DNA of 64,000 nucleotides from Gemmatimonadaceae bacterium (GCA_033763905.1 JANRJP010000100.1:1-64000); one strand, 5' to 3'; numbered from the stretch's first letter, positions 18,953-29,900 are shown. Notes: generated by a model not told the origin, from the letters alone. A program made the numbers and translations.

Positions 18953-20039
18953 CGTGTCGACGTCGCGCCTCGCGCGACTCGCCGCGACGCTGCCGACCGC
19001 ACACCTCGACGGACTCGTGGTCTCGAGTCTGCCGAACATCCGGTGGCTCACCGGGTTTTCGGGCTCGAACGCGTTGCTCGTCATCACGCCGCGCGAGCGC
19101 GTGCTGCTGACCGATTTTCGCTACGACGCCCAAGCGCGTGCCGAGTGCGGAGACGCCGTGCGGCTCGTCGTCGAGTCGCAGTCGTTGTGGGTCGGGCTCT
19201 GGCGCGAGCTGCCCAAGCTGACCGGGCTCGAGGCGATCGGTTTCGAGTCGCAGCATCTGTTGCATCGGGATTTCGCGCGACTGCTCGATCCGGCGCAGGG
19301 CGGGCGGTGGACGTGGCGCCCGGTCGTCGATCAGGTCGAGCGCCTTCGTGCGGTGAAGGATGCGGCCGAGATCGCCGCCATCACCGATGCGGTGCGCATC
19401 GCCGAAACGGCGCTGGAGCAGACGCTCGCGCGCATCCGCCCTGGGATGACCGAGTTGGCGATCTGCGGCACGCTCGAACTGGCGCTGCGTGAAGCCGGGT
19501 CCGAGACGGCGCCGTTCGAACCGATCGTCGCCTCGGGCGAGCGCAGCGCGCTCCCGCACGCACGGGCCTCCGCGCGCGAGTGGCGTCGCGGTGAACTGCT
19601 GCTGATCGATTTCGGTGCGCGGAGCAGCGGCTACGTCAGCGACATCACGCGCGTGGTGGTTGCCGGGCCCCCCGACGGCCGACAGGCCGAGATTCACGGC
19701 ATCGTGCGGGGGGCGAACGAGGCGGCGGCGGCCGCCGTGCACGCCGGAATGACCGGCAGGGATGCCGATGCGGTCGCGCGGCGGTACATTGAGGATTACG
19801 GGTTCGGCGACGCCTTCGGGCACTCGCTCGGGCACGGAATCGGGCTCGAGGTCCACGAAGCCCCTCGGCTGGCCAAGACGGCGGATGACGTCTTGCCGAC
19901 CGGGGCGACGGTGACGATCGAACCTGGCGTGTATCTGGACGGGTGGGGCGGCGTCCGCATCGAGGACGATGTGGTGTTGACGCCGAGTGGGGCGACGGTG
20001 CTCACGCGCTTTCCGCGCGACCTGATGTCGGTGGCCTGA
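18939..20039 (+). CDS. Xaa-Pro aminopeptidase/dipeptidase (M24B)
   Basis: Creatinase-like N-domain; ALPHA, LIDFGA..GYVSDITR, HSLGHGIGLEVHE, TIEPGVY, GVRIEDD. Confidence 0.95.
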   Translation: MSAPDVSTSRLARLAATLPTAHLDGLVVSSLPNIRWLTGFSGSNALLVITPRERVLLTDFRYDAQARAECGDAVRLVVESQSLWVGLWRELPKLTGLEAIGFESQHLLHRDFARLLDPAQGGRWTWRPVVDQVERLRAVKDAAEIAAITDAVRIAETALEQTLARIRPGMTELAICGTLELALREAGSETAPFEPIVASGERSALPHARASAREWRRGELLLIDFGARSSGYVSDITRVVVAGPPDGRQAEIHGIVRGANEAAAAAVHAGMTGRDADAVARRYIEDYGFGDAFGHSLGHGIGLEVHEAPRLAKTADDVLPTGATVTIEPGVYLDGWGGVRIEDDVVLTPSGATVLTRFPRDLMSVA

Positions 20040-20058
20040 CGGCTCGAACGAGGTGTCT

Positions 20059-20550
20059 GTGATCGACCTGCGATACGTGAAGAAGCTTCTCGAAATGCTC
20101 GACGAATCCACCGTGGATTCCCTCGAGATCACGTCCGAGAAGGGAATGAAGATCCGCTTGGCGAAGACCCCCGCGATGCGCGGAACGGTCTCGATGGCGG
20201 CTCCGATGCCGATGGCGGCTGCGGCACCCGCCCCCGTGGCGGCGCCGGTCGCGGCGCCCGTCGCGGCCACCGCGGCGCCGGCGCCGGACGCCAAGCCGGC
20301 GGCGCAGCTCCGCGAGATCAAGTCGCCGATGGTCGGCACCTTCTACGCGCGGCCCGAGCCGACGGCGAACCCCTACGTGTCGGTCGGCACCCGGGTGAAC
20401 CAGGGGCAGACGGTCTGCATCATTGAGGCGATGAAGATCATGAACGAGATCGAAAGCGAGTTCTCGGGCGTGGTGGTCGAGGTCCTCGTGCAGGACGCGC
20501 AGCCGGTCGAGTACGGACAGGTCCTCTTCCGGGTGGATCCGAATGGCTAA
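20059..20550 (+). CDS. accB: Acetyl-CoA carboxylase biotin carboxyl carrier protein
   Basis: SPMVGTFY, EAMKIMNEI biotinylation motif, Ala/Pro linker; GAGG SD favours the GTG at 20059 (alternative 20053). Confidence 0.97.
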   Translation: MIDLRYVKKLLEMLDESTVDSLEITSEKGMKIRLAKTPAMRGTVSMAAPMPMAAAAPAPVAAPVAAPVAATAAPAPDAKPAAQLREIKSPMVGTFYARPEPTANPYVSVGTRVNQGQTVCIIEAMKIMNEIESEFSGVVVEVLVQDAQPVEYGQVLFRVDPNG

Positions 20551-21721
20551 CCCGCCGGTGTCCCCCGTGGGCGCCGGTACACCGGCCGCTGGCGCGCCGG
20601 CGGCCAGCACCGCCTACAACTACAAGGCGGTGATGCAGGAGATGATCAAGCAGGGCGCGTCGGACCTGCATCTCAAAGTCGGTCGACCGCCCACGCTCCG
20701 GCTGAACGGCGAGCTCGTCGCGACCTCATTCCCTCCGCTCCGGCCCGAAGACCTCAAGAGCATCGCCGAACAGACGATGCCGCCGCGGCAGATCAAGGAA
20801 TTCGCCGAGAACAAGGAAGCGGACTTCGCGCTGGGCGTGCCCGGCATCGGCCGCTTCCGCGTGAACGTCTATCAGCAGCGCGGAACGATTGCCTATGCGT
20901 TCCGCGTGATTCCGTTCCAGGCGCAGACGGTCAGTGAGCTCAACCTGCCCCCGATCGTCGAGCAGATCGCGATGAAGCCCCGCGGCCTCGTGCTCGTGAC
21001 CGGCGTGACCGGCTCGGGCAAGTCCACGGCGCTGGCGTCGATGATCCAGCACGTGAACCAGAAGCGTGCGGCGAACATCATCACGATCGAGGACCCGATC
21101 GAGTTCCTCCATCGCGACCAGATGAGTCACATCAATCAGCGCGAAGTCGGCACCGACACCGGGTCCTTCTCGGCGGCGCTGCGTCGCGTGTTGCGTCAGG
21201 ACCCCGACATCATCCTCGTCGGCGAAATCCGCGACCTCGACACGCTCGACACCGCCCTCAAGGCGGCCGATACCGGCCACCTGGTGATGAGCACGCTGCA
21301 CACCACCGACGCGACCCAGACCATCAATCGCGTGCTGTCGTTCTATCCGCCGCACCAGCAGGCCGAAGTGCGCTTCGCGCTGTCGAGCGCGCTGTCGGCG
21401 ATCGTGTCGTTGCGGCTCGTGCCGCGCGCCGACAAGCCCGGCCGCGTGCCGGCGGCCGAAATTCTGATCAACACCGCCGCGGTGCGCGACCAGATCCGGG
21501 ACGCCAACTCCGCGCTGAACATCCCCGACCTGATCAAGGAAGGGACGGTGCAGTACGGGATGCAGACCTTCGACCAGTCGCTGATGCAGTGGTACACGAA
21601 GGGCGTGATCTCGTACGAGAGCGCGATGTTCTTCGCCACGAATCCCAGCGAGTTCGCGTTGCGTGCCCAGGGGGTCGGCGGATCGTCCGACAACACCTGG
21701 GATCCCTTCCAGAAGTCCTGA
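20543..21721 (+). CDS. pilT: Type IV pilus retraction ATPase, PilT/PilU family
   Basis: ASDLHL, GRFRVN, Walker [10 protein letters not shown], Asp box TIEDPIE, Walker [13 protein letters not shown], His box [19 protein letters not shown]. Confidence 0.93.
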   Translation: MANPPVSPVGAGTPAAGAPAASTAYNYKAVMQEMIKQGASDLHLKVGRPPTLRLNGELVATSFPPLRPEDLKSIAEQTMPPRQIKEFAENKEADFALGVPGIGRFRVNVYQQRGTIAYAFRVIPFQAQTVSELNLPPIVEQIAMKPRGLVLVTGVTGSGKSTALASMIQHVNQKRAANIITIEDPIEFLHRDQMSHINQREVGTDTGSFSAALRRVLRQDPDIILVGEIRDLDTLDTALKAADTGHLVMSTLHTTDATQTINRVLSFYPPHQQAEVRFALSSALSAIVSLRLVPRADKPGRVPAAEILINTAAVRDQIRDANSALNIPDLIKEGTVQYGMQTFDQSLMQWYTKGVISYESAMFFATNPSEFALRAQGVGGSSDNTWDPFQKS

Positions 21722-21726
21722 GCGCG

Positions 21727-23078
<1,352 letters not shown>

Positions 23079-23082
<4 letters not shown>

Positions 23083-23831
23083 CGGTTCGCCTCGACGTCC
23101 TGTTCGGCGCGCACGAGGTCTCGCCGCAGGACGTCGCGGGCCGCGTGGTTGCGGTCATCGACGTCCTCCGCGCCAGCACCACGATCGCCGCGGCGTTGCA
23201 CGCGGGCGCCCGCGCGGTGATTCCCTTCGCTTCACCCGAAGAGGCGGCGACGCGTGCGAAGGGAATGGATCGCGACGCGGTCCGGCTGGGCGGCGAACGC
23301 AAAATGCTGCCGATTCCCGGGTTCGATCTGGGCAATTCGCCGGCGGAGTACACCACCAAGTCGGTGGGTGGCCGTACCGTGCTGTTCACCACCACCAACG
23401 GCACGAACGCCTTGCTGGCGTGTCAGGGCGCGCGCGAGGTGGTAGTGGCGTCGTTCGCAAACTTCACTGCGGCCGGCGCACTGTTGCGGACGGCGGCGCG
23501 GGGCGGGGCGGACGTGACGTTGCTGTGCGCGGGACGCGACGGACACTTTTCGCTGGAAGACGCCGTCTGCGCCGGCCGCTTCGCGAAGCACATCACCCAG
23601 CGAACGTCCAAGGTGCGGCTCACCGATGCCGCGCTGGCCTGCACCCTCCTCGCGAAGCGTTTCGAGCACGGGCTCTCGCGCGTCTTTGAACAGTCGGAGC
23701 ACGGCCGCGCCCTCGCGGATGCGGGCTTTTCGGCCGACCTCGACGTGTGCGCCACCCTCGACATCTTCCCCGTTGTCCCGATCTACTTCGACCGGCAAGT
23801 CACGAAGCTCGGCCCAGACATCGTCCGCTAA
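23079..23831 (+). CDS. comB: 2-phosphosulfolactate phosphatase family protein
   Basis: [42 protein letters not shown] overlap with the accC stop. Confidence 0.9.
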
Positions 23832-26289
23832 GGCGGGCGACGCAGGCGCGGAGCTCGACGAGTCCCCGCGGCGTGATGGCGCCGAGGGCGGCGATGCGCG
23901 CGCGTCGGTCGAGGGCGGGGCGCGATCCCGCGGCGAACGCCTGCGCGACGAGATTCTCGCGGTCGCGCTGCTGCTGATGGCCGTGTTCATCGCCGGCGCA
24001 CTGCTGATGGAATCTGCCGAGACCGCGGAATCCTGTGGGGCGTCGGCCAAGGTGTTCGGACCTGTCGGCGCCTGCGGTCGAGGCATTGCGGTGTTTGTGA
24101 TCGGTCTGCCTGCCGCGTGGCTGCTCGTGCTGATGCCCCTGGTGCACGCGATGCGGCTGTTCGGGCGCTGGGCCGCGAGCAGCGATCGACGCTGGCTCAC
24201 GTTCCTCGGCGTGCTGCTGGTGCTGGTGCCGGTCGGCGTGTCGCTGCTGCGCGGGGCGCCCATTGCCGCGGATCCGTGGGCGGGCCTGCTCGGCAACCTG
24301 ATCGGCTTCTACCTGCGGCAGTGGTTCGGTGCCGCCGGGGCGTGGATTGTCTGGCTGGTGATGGTCTCGGCGGCGAGCGCCGCGACGCTCTGGTGGAACC
24401 CGGTGCGCGCCGTGGTCGGCGGTGCCCGTCGGCCGAGCGGCGGCACGCTCTCGGCGGCGGCGACTCGGGCGTTGGAGCTCGCGCCGTCGCCCGAGGAACT
24501 GCCGTCCCTCGACGCCGACGACCTGCTGCGGCCCGTGGCCTCGGCGATCGCGACGCCACCCGCCGTCCCCGAGCCGCCCGCGGACGAGGACGAACCGCTG
24601 GTGGAGGAGAAGCCGAAGAAGGCCAAGGCGAAGCGGAGTCCGGAAGCGCCCGCCGCTCCGGCGGCGGACGACGGCGAGGCGGCACGACGCGCACGGGAAG
24701 CCGCCGCGGTGACCGCGGAGCTGGCCGAGTTCCCCGAACTGCCACCGACCACGCTGCTCGATCCGCCGCCGGCCTCCCGTGCCGACGCGCAAGCGAAGGA
24801 ACTCGACATCAACGGCCAGCGCCTGATGGACGCGCTGCGGACGTTCAAGATCGATGGCAATCTCGTCGGCCGCACCACGGGCCCGACCGTCACGCAGTAC
24901 GAGATCGAGCCCGCGCCCGGCGTGAAGGTTCGCCAGATCGCCACGCTGGCCAACGACTTGGCGCTCGCGATGCGCGCGCCGTCGATTCGCATCGTCGCGC
25001 CGATCCCCGGGCGAGGAGCCGTGGGCGTGGAAGTGCCGAACCCGACGCCCGAAATGGTTGGCTTCCGCGAACTGCTCGAGACGCGCGACTTCCAGTCCGC
25101 GCGCGCGGCGCTGCCGATTGCGCTGGGCAAGGATCTCGAGGGCCGCACCGTCGTGGCCGATCTCGCGAAGATGCCGCATCTGCTCATCGCCGGTGCGACC
25201 GGCTCGGGCAAGTCGGTCTGCGTGAACACGATCATCACGTCGCTGATCTACCGGCACACGCCCGAAACGCTGCGCTTCCTGATGGTTGACCCGAAGATGG
25301 TCGAACTCTCGGTCTACAATCAGCTGCCCCACCTGCGTCACAAGGTCATCACCGACAACCGAGACGCGGCTGCCGTGCTCAAGTGGGCGGTGATGGAGAT
25401 GCAGGAACGCTACGCGTTGCTGGCCGAGAACGGTTGCCGCAACCTGGCCGACTTCAACCAGCGGGTGCAGGCCGGGGCGGAGCTCCGCATTCCGAAGGAT
25501 CCGAACGTCGCGTTCAGCAACTCGCGCTACGAAGGGAAGATCCTGCCGTACATCGTCGTCGTGATCGACGAAATGGCCGACCTGATGATGACGGTGCAGG
25601 GGGAAGTCGAAACGCCGATCGCGATGCTCGCGCAGAAGGCGCGCGCGATCGGGATCCATCTCATTCTGGCCACCCAGCGCCCGTCGGTGAACGTCATCAC
25701 GGGCTTGATCAAGGCGAACTTCCCGAGCCGCATCGCGTTCCGCGTGGCGTCGCAGGTGGACAGCCGCACGATCATCGACGGGGCAGGCGCCGAGTCGCTG
25801 CTCGGCAATGGCGATATGCTGTTCATCCCCCCGGGCAAGAGCGAAGCCAGCCGCTTGCAGGGCGCGTTCCTGTCGAGCGACGAGACCGAGAAGCTGATGC
25901 ACTGGTACCGCGACGCGAAGGCCGCGAAGCGCGCAGCGCTCGAGCGGCAGGGGCTCGTCGTGGCCGACGAGGGCGGGGAAGACGACATCCTGCAAAAGGT
26001 GCGCGACCGCGAAGCGCTGGAGCGTGCCGCCGCCGACGGCGACGGCACGCCGGCCGAGAGCCAAGGCCCGAGGGACAAGCTGTTCCGCGAGGCTGCCGAG
26101 GTCTGCATTCAGCATCAGCAAGGCTCGACGTCGCTGCTGCAGCGGCGATTGAACGTGGGCTACGGCCGCGCGGCGCGAATGATCGACCAGTTGCATGAGG
26201 CCGGCGTGCTCGGCCCGCCGAACGGCTCGAAGCCCCGGGATGTCCTGATAGGGCTCGAGGATCTCGACCGGATCGCGCCGCGGGGCTGA
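23773..26289 (+). CDS. ftsK: DNA translocase FtsK (start codon uncertain)
   Basis: N-terminal TM domain, MPHLLIAGATGSGKS, IDEMADLM, ATQRPSV, SRTIID..GAESLLGNGDML, gamma domain STSLLQRRLNVGYGRAAR. In-frame start candidates: TTG 23773, CTG 23941, ATG 23977. Confidence 0.96.
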   Translation: MSRSTSTGKSRSSAQTSSAKAGDAGAELDESPRRDGAEGGDARASVEGGARSRGERLRDEILAVALLLMAVFIAGALLMESAETAESCGASAKVFGPVGACGRGIAVFVIGLPAAWLLVLMPLVHAMRLFGRWAASSDRRWLTFLGVLLVLVPVGVSLLRGAPIAADPWAGLLGNLIGFYLRQWFGAAGAWIVWLVMVSAASAATLWWNPVRAVVGGARRPSGGTLSAAATRALELAPSPEELPSLDADDLLRPVASAIATPPAVPEPPADEDEPLVEEKPKKAKAKRSPEAPAAPAADDGEAARRAREAAAVTAELAEFPELPPTTLLDPPPASRADAQAKELDINGQRLMDALRTFKIDGNLVGRTTGPTVTQYEIEPAPGVKVRQIATLANDLALAMRAPSIRIVAPIPGRGAVGVEVPNPTPEMVGFRELLETRDFQSARAALPIALGKDLEGRTVVADLAKMPHLLIAGATGSGKSVCVNTIITSLIYRHTPETLRFLMVDPKMVELSVYNQLPHLRHKVITDNRDAAAVLKWAVMEMQERYALLAENGCRNLADFNQRVQAGAELRIPKDPNVAFSNSRYEGKILPYIVVVIDEMADLMMTVQGEVETPIAMLAQKARAIGIHLILATQRPSVNVITGLIKANFPSRIAFRVASQVDSRTIIDGAGAESLLGNGDMLFIPPGKSEASRLQGAFLSSDETEKLMHWYRDAKAAKRAALERQGLVVADEGGEDDILQKVRDREALERAAADGDGTPAESQGPRDKLFREAAEVCIQHQQGSTSLLQRRLNVGYGRAARMIDQLHEAGVLGPPNGSKPRDVLIGLEDLDRIAPRG

Positions 26290-26313
26290 GGCCGCCCCCG
26301 CGCGCGCGGGAGC

Positions 26314-27060
26314 CTACCGTTCGGCGCGGACGAATACGATCGCCTGATCCTTCCGCAGACTGGGCCAGAGCAGCGGCGAGAGCCGCTGCACCGCGCGGCT
26401 CGCGAGCCGGCCGGTGGAACTCCAGTGCCCCATCACCACGCGCGCCACGCGCAGGCCCAGCGCCTCGCCGAACCGGGCGAGTTCAGCGGTCGTGTACTCG
26501 CGGAAGTGGCCCGGGTTGTCGAGTGAATCGCGGAGCGGTTCGAACGGATTGCGTCCGGCGAGCATCAACAGGCGATTGCGCAGCGACACCGCGTTGGGGG
26601 TCGTGAGTACCAGCGCGCCGCGGGGCGCGAGCCGCGCGGCGAGACAGGCCAGCGCGCGCTCCGGTGCCACGTGGAGGTGCTCGAAGACCTCGGCGAAGAT
26701 GATGACGTCGTATGGCGCGTCCACTGGCGGCCACGTCGCCTGATCGCGAGCCGATGTCAGATCGTAGGCGATGTGACGGCCCGGCGGCTCGGTCGGGAAC
26801 TTGGGATCGACGAAGCCGAAGGTGTCGAGCGTGATCGCCGGCCATAGCTGGCGAAACAGCCGCGTCTGAAAGGCCGGGCCGACGTCCAGCACGCGACACG
26901 CGGGCAGGCGGTGGTCGATGAGCGGGGCGACGAGCTCCGCGAGCGCGACGAATCGTTCGCGATGATACGCCAGGTAGTTCGGCATCTCGCCGCCGAGGGC
27001 CGTGGCCGACGGGGCCAAAGCGTCGAGGAGCGTGCGGGCGCGAGTGGCGAGGGCGGACAT
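26314..27060 (-). CDS. Class I SAM-dependent methyltransferase
   Basis: VLDVGP, YDVIIFAEVFEHL, LVLTTPN, HFREYT motifs. Confidence 0.85.
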   Translation of the reverse strand: MSALATRARTLLDALAPSATALGGEMPNYLAYHRERFVALAELVAPLIDHRLPACRVLDVGPAFQTRLFRQLWPAITLDTFGFVDPKFPTEPPGRHIAYDLTSARDQATWPPVDAPYDVIIFAEVFEHLHVAPERALACLAARLAPRGALVLTTPNAVSLRNRLLMLAGRNPFEPLRDSLDNPGHFREYTTAELARFGEALGLRVARVVMGHWSSTGRLASRAVQRLSPLLWPSLRKDQAIVFVRAER

Positions 27061-27149
27061 CACGGAAATCTGTGCAGCGGCAACCAAAAGACACTACGGC
27101 GGCGATTCGGGTACCACGCGCGCGCGCCGGTCCGCACAGGTTGCCGCCC

Positions 27150-27608
27150 ATGACGAGCTCACTTCGCGAGCGACTGCTCGATCGGCTCGGCGACGTCGCC
27201 GCGGCGCCCGCCCCGGGGGCTGCTCGTCAGCCGACGCCGGCGATGTTGCTCGGGCTTCGCGGGGAGCGGATCGCGGAGCGCTACCTGCGCGAGAAGGGAT
27301 GGCGCGTGTTGCAACGCCGATTCCGGAGCGGGCATCGCGACGTCGACTTGATCGTCGAGCGGCGCGGGACGGTGGCGTTCGTGGAAGTGAAGACGCGCAC
27401 GGGCACGACGTTCGGCTCACCGGTGGACGCGGTGAACTGGTTCAAGCAGCGGCAGTTGGTGAAATCCGCGCACGTGTGGGTGTCGCGGTTCGGTCGATCG
27501 CAGGAGCTCTACCGGTTCGACGTGGTGGGGGTGTGGATACTCGGCGATCGGGTCCGCGTCCGACACGTGGAGGGCGCTTTCGAGCTACCGGCACGTAACG
27601 GTTTTTGA
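27150..27608 (+). CDS. yraN: YraN family PD-(D/E)XK nuclease-like protein
   Basis: GLRGERIAERYL, DVDLIV, FVEVKTR, RFDVVGV, HVEGAF. Confidence 0.9.
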   Translation: MTSSLRERLLDRLGDVAAAPAPGAARQPTPAMLLGLRGERIAERYLREKGWRVLQRRFRSGHRDVDLIVERRGTVAFVEVKTRTGTTFGSPVDAVNWFKQRQLVKSAHVWVSRFGRSQELYRFDVVGVWILGDRVRVRHVEGAFELPARNGF

Positions 27609-27627
27609 CTCACCGGCCAGTTTGGAA

Positions 27628-27739
27628 TGTGGATAAGTAGGCAAGGCGTGGTCGGGTGTTCATAAATGCGACATTGAAACAGGTGATGGCGCGGTAATCG
27701 GTTAGCGCGCTACGTGATTGTAGGCAAAGCATTTCCACA
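27628..27739. promoter_or_regulatory. Cluster of DnaA-box matches upstream of recA
   Basis: TGTGGATAA 27628-27636 (exact reverse complement of TTATCCACA); TGTTCATAA 27657-27665 and ATTTCCACA 27731-27739 (one mismatch each to TTWTNCACA). Confidence 0.55.
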
Positions 27740-27754
27740 ACCGGGGACTGTTGG

Positions 27755-27794
27755 CTTCGGTTGATTTTCGGCCCGACACTTCGTATTCTGTTCG
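27755..27794 (+). promoter_or_regulatory. Tandem TTCG-N7-TTCG direct repeats, candidate LexA (SOS) operators
   Basis: TTCG gttgatt TTCG (27756-27770) and TTCG tattctg TTCG (27780-27794), directly before -10-like TATTCT (27797-27802) and TAGCTT (27822-27827). Confidence 0.5.
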
Positions 27795-27870
27795 GGTATT
27801 CTCCATCCCCTCCGGAACCGGTAGCTTCTGCTCCGTGGCGGGGGGATCAACCTCCGCTCCGAGGACTCCG

Positions 27871-28914
27871 ATGGCCACGATGCAGATCGCAGACGACAAG
27901 AAGAAGGCCCTGGGTTTGGCCATCGCGCAGATCGAAAAGAACTGCGGGAAGGGCTCGATCATGCGTCTGGGCACGAACACGCGTGCGCCCATCGATTTCA
28001 TCCCGACGGGTGCGATCAACCTCGATGCCGCGATCGGCATCGGTGGCGTGCCGCGCGGTCGTATCACCGAGATCTACGGCCCGGAGTCCTCCGGCAAGAC
28101 CACGCTCTGCTTGCACGTGGTCGCGCACGCTCAGCGTGCGGGCGGTGTGGCGGCCTTCATCGACGCCGAGCACGCGCTCGACACCGAGTACGCCACGAAG
28201 CTGGGCGTCGACGTGCCGAACTTGCTGATCTCGCAGCCGGACACCGGCGAGCAGGCCCTCGAGATCTGTGAGATCCTCGTGCGGTCGGGCGCGGTGGATG
28301 TGGTGGTGATCGACTCGGTCGCGGCGCTCGTGCCGAAGGCCGAAATCGAAGGCGATATGGGCGACAGCTTCGTCGGTCTGCAGGCCCGCCTGATGAGCCA
28401 GGCCCTCCGCAAGCTGACCGGCGCGATCGCGCGCTCGAAGACCTCGGTGATCTTCATCAACCAGCTGCGCGAGAAGATCGGCGTGATGTTCGGTAGCCCC
28501 GAAACCACGACGGGCGGCAAGGCGCTCAAGTTCTACGCGTCGCTGCGCCTCGACATCCGCCGCATCGGCCCGGTGAAGGACAAGGAAGAAGTCGTGGGCT
28601 CGCAGGTCCGCGTGAAGGTCGTCAAGAACAAGGTCGCCCCGCCGTTCAAGCAGGCGGAGTTCGACATCATGTACAACGAGGGGATTTCGCTCACCTCGCT
28701 GCTCGTCGACATCGGCTCGGAAGCCGGTATCATCGAGAAGTCGGGCGCGTGGTACGCCTACAACGGCCAGAAGATCGGTCAGGGCCGCGAGAACGCGAAG
28801 CTCTACCTCAAGGACAATCCGACGGTGTGCGCCGAAATCGAAGCCAAGGTGAAGGATCACCTCGGCATTCGTGCCGGCGCGGCGCCGGTGGTGGTGGAAG
28901 AGAGCGACGACTAA
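27871..28914 (+). CDS. recA: Recombinase RecA
   Basis: [54 protein letters not shown] at 27861. Confidence 0.99.
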   Translation: MATMQIADDKKKALGLAIAQIEKNCGKGSIMRLGTNTRAPIDFIPTGAINLDAAIGIGGVPRGRITEIYGPESSGKTTLCLHVVAHAQRAGGVAAFIDAEHALDTEYATKLGVDVPNLLISQPDTGEQALEICEILVRSGAVDVVVIDSVAALVPKAEIEGDMGDSFVGLQARLMSQALRKLTGAIARSKTSVIFINQLREKIGVMFGSPETTTGGKALKFYASLRLDIRRIGPVKDKEEVVGSQVRVKVVKNKVAPPFKQAEFDIMYNEGISLTSLLVDIGSEAGIIEKSGAWYAYNGQKIGQGRENAKLYLKDNPTVCAEIEAKVKDHLGIRAGAAPVVVEESDD

Positions 28915-28936
28915 GCGTCCCGTTCTCGTGTCCCTC

Positions 28937-29015
28937 GTGCCGAGGGGTACGTTCTCCGATGGAGTCGGCGCCCGGATCGCCGTTCCACTTGGGGGGCTGC
29001 CCCTCGGCACTTTTT
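28937..29015 (+). terminator. Long hairpin plus U-tract between recA and recX (terminator/attenuator)
   Basis: GTGCCGAGGGG (28937-28947) pairs with CCCCTCGGCAC (29000-29010), with nested inner stems, followed by TTTTT. Confidence 0.75.
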
Positions 29016-29034
29016 CTGCCCCTGCCACGCCCTG

Positions 29035-29523
29035 ATGACGCCGCGAACTCCACCCACGGCCCTCGAACGGGCGACGCGACTGCTGACCGCGAAGTCGCGC
29101 ACGACGGTCGAACTCCGGCGTCGGCTGGCCCAGGCGGGCCACGAGGTCGCGGAGATCGACGCGGCGATCGAGAAACTCACGCGCGCCGGGTTTCTCGACG
29201 ATGCGGCCTTCGCGCGCAACTTCGCCCGGAGCCGACTGTCCTCGGGCAAGCGCAGCACACGTCGGGTGCGCGACGAGCTGCGCACTAAAGGCCTCGGGAC
29301 CGAGATGGTCGCCGAGGCCTTGGACGAGGTCTCGGCCGACGAGGGCATCAGCGACGCCCGGGCAGCTGAGGCGTTGGCGCGAAAGAAGGCGGCCACGCTA
29401 CGCGACGTGGACCGGCAGACGGCGCGTCGGCGGCTCTACGGGTTGCTAGCGCGCCGCGGGTTCTCGCCGGACGTCATCGCACGGGCCGTGGGACTCGCGC
29501 TCGGCGCCTCGCAGGACGACTAG
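29035..29523 (+). CDS. recX: Regulatory protein RecX
   Basis: ALERATRLL..RTTVELRRRL, GFLDDAAFA, ELRTKGL, LARRGFS; directly downstream of recA. Confidence 0.93.
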   Translation: MTPRTPPTALERATRLLTAKSRTTVELRRRLAQAGHEVAEIDAAIEKLTRAGFLDDAAFARNFARSRLSSGKRSTRRVRDELRTKGLGTEMVAEALDEVSADEGISDARAAEALARKKAATLRDVDRQTARRRLYGLLARRGFSPDVIARAVGLALGASQDD

Positions 29524-29566
29524 CGCGCGGCCGCCTGCGCGCGAGCGGCCGCGCGTGGGCGGTCCG

Positions 29567-29812
29567 ACGCTCGCTGGTCCTCGGGGCCGCTTCGCGTCCC
29601 CTGCGGGGCGCTCACTTACGGACCACCCACGCGCGGCCTTCGCCAGTGGGACCGCGTCTCGATCCGGGCCGCGTTGGACGCGCGCGCCGTCTCGCGCCGT
29701 TGCGAGCGATCGCCCAATCGGTGGTCAAGGCGGAGGCAGGGGGCGCCGAAGCGAGCGGCCCGCAGGGGCCGTCTTGTGGCCCCGAGGACGAGCGAGCGTG
29801 GCGCCCCCTGCC
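29567..29812. repeat. Non-coding element with about 55-bp imperfect inverted repeats (MITE/REPIN-like)
   Basis: 29567-29621 is the near reverse complement of 29746-29799; there is also a perfect 13-bp inverted pair GGCAGGGGGCGCC (29735-29747) / GGCGCCCCCTGCC (29800-29812). Confidence 0.7.
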
Positions 29813-29815
29813 GCA

Positions 29816-29900
29816 GCCGCCAGCGCGACCAGGACGCCAGCGCGACCAAGCCGCCAGCGCGACCAAGCCGCCAGCGCGACCAAGCCGCCAGCGCGACCCC
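29816..29900 (+). repeat. 17-bp tandem repeat x5, consensus GCCGCCAGCGCGACCAA
   Basis: Units start at 29816, 29833, 29850, 29867 and 29884 with no spacers; degenerate remnant near 29911. Confidence 0.93.

Noticed and set aside
27689..27710. dif-like XerCD site near ftsK
   Set aside because: The core is TAA-N4-TTA rather than N6, and the XerD arm (TTATGTTAAAT-like) is absent.
28937..29015. SRP (4.5S) RNA
   Set aside because: The hairpin lacks the conserved CAGG...GGAA...AGCA domain IV motif.
28749..29288. Alternative-frame ORF spanning the recA-recX junction, including ATG 28959 after TACGTT
   Set aside because: It runs through the terminator-like hairpin and overlaps recX out of frame with no motif. 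A leader peptide cannot be fully excluded but is unsupported.
29816..29900. Possible CRISPR array
   Set aside because: Units are 17 bp and directly adjacent with no unique spacers, and there are no cas genes in the window.
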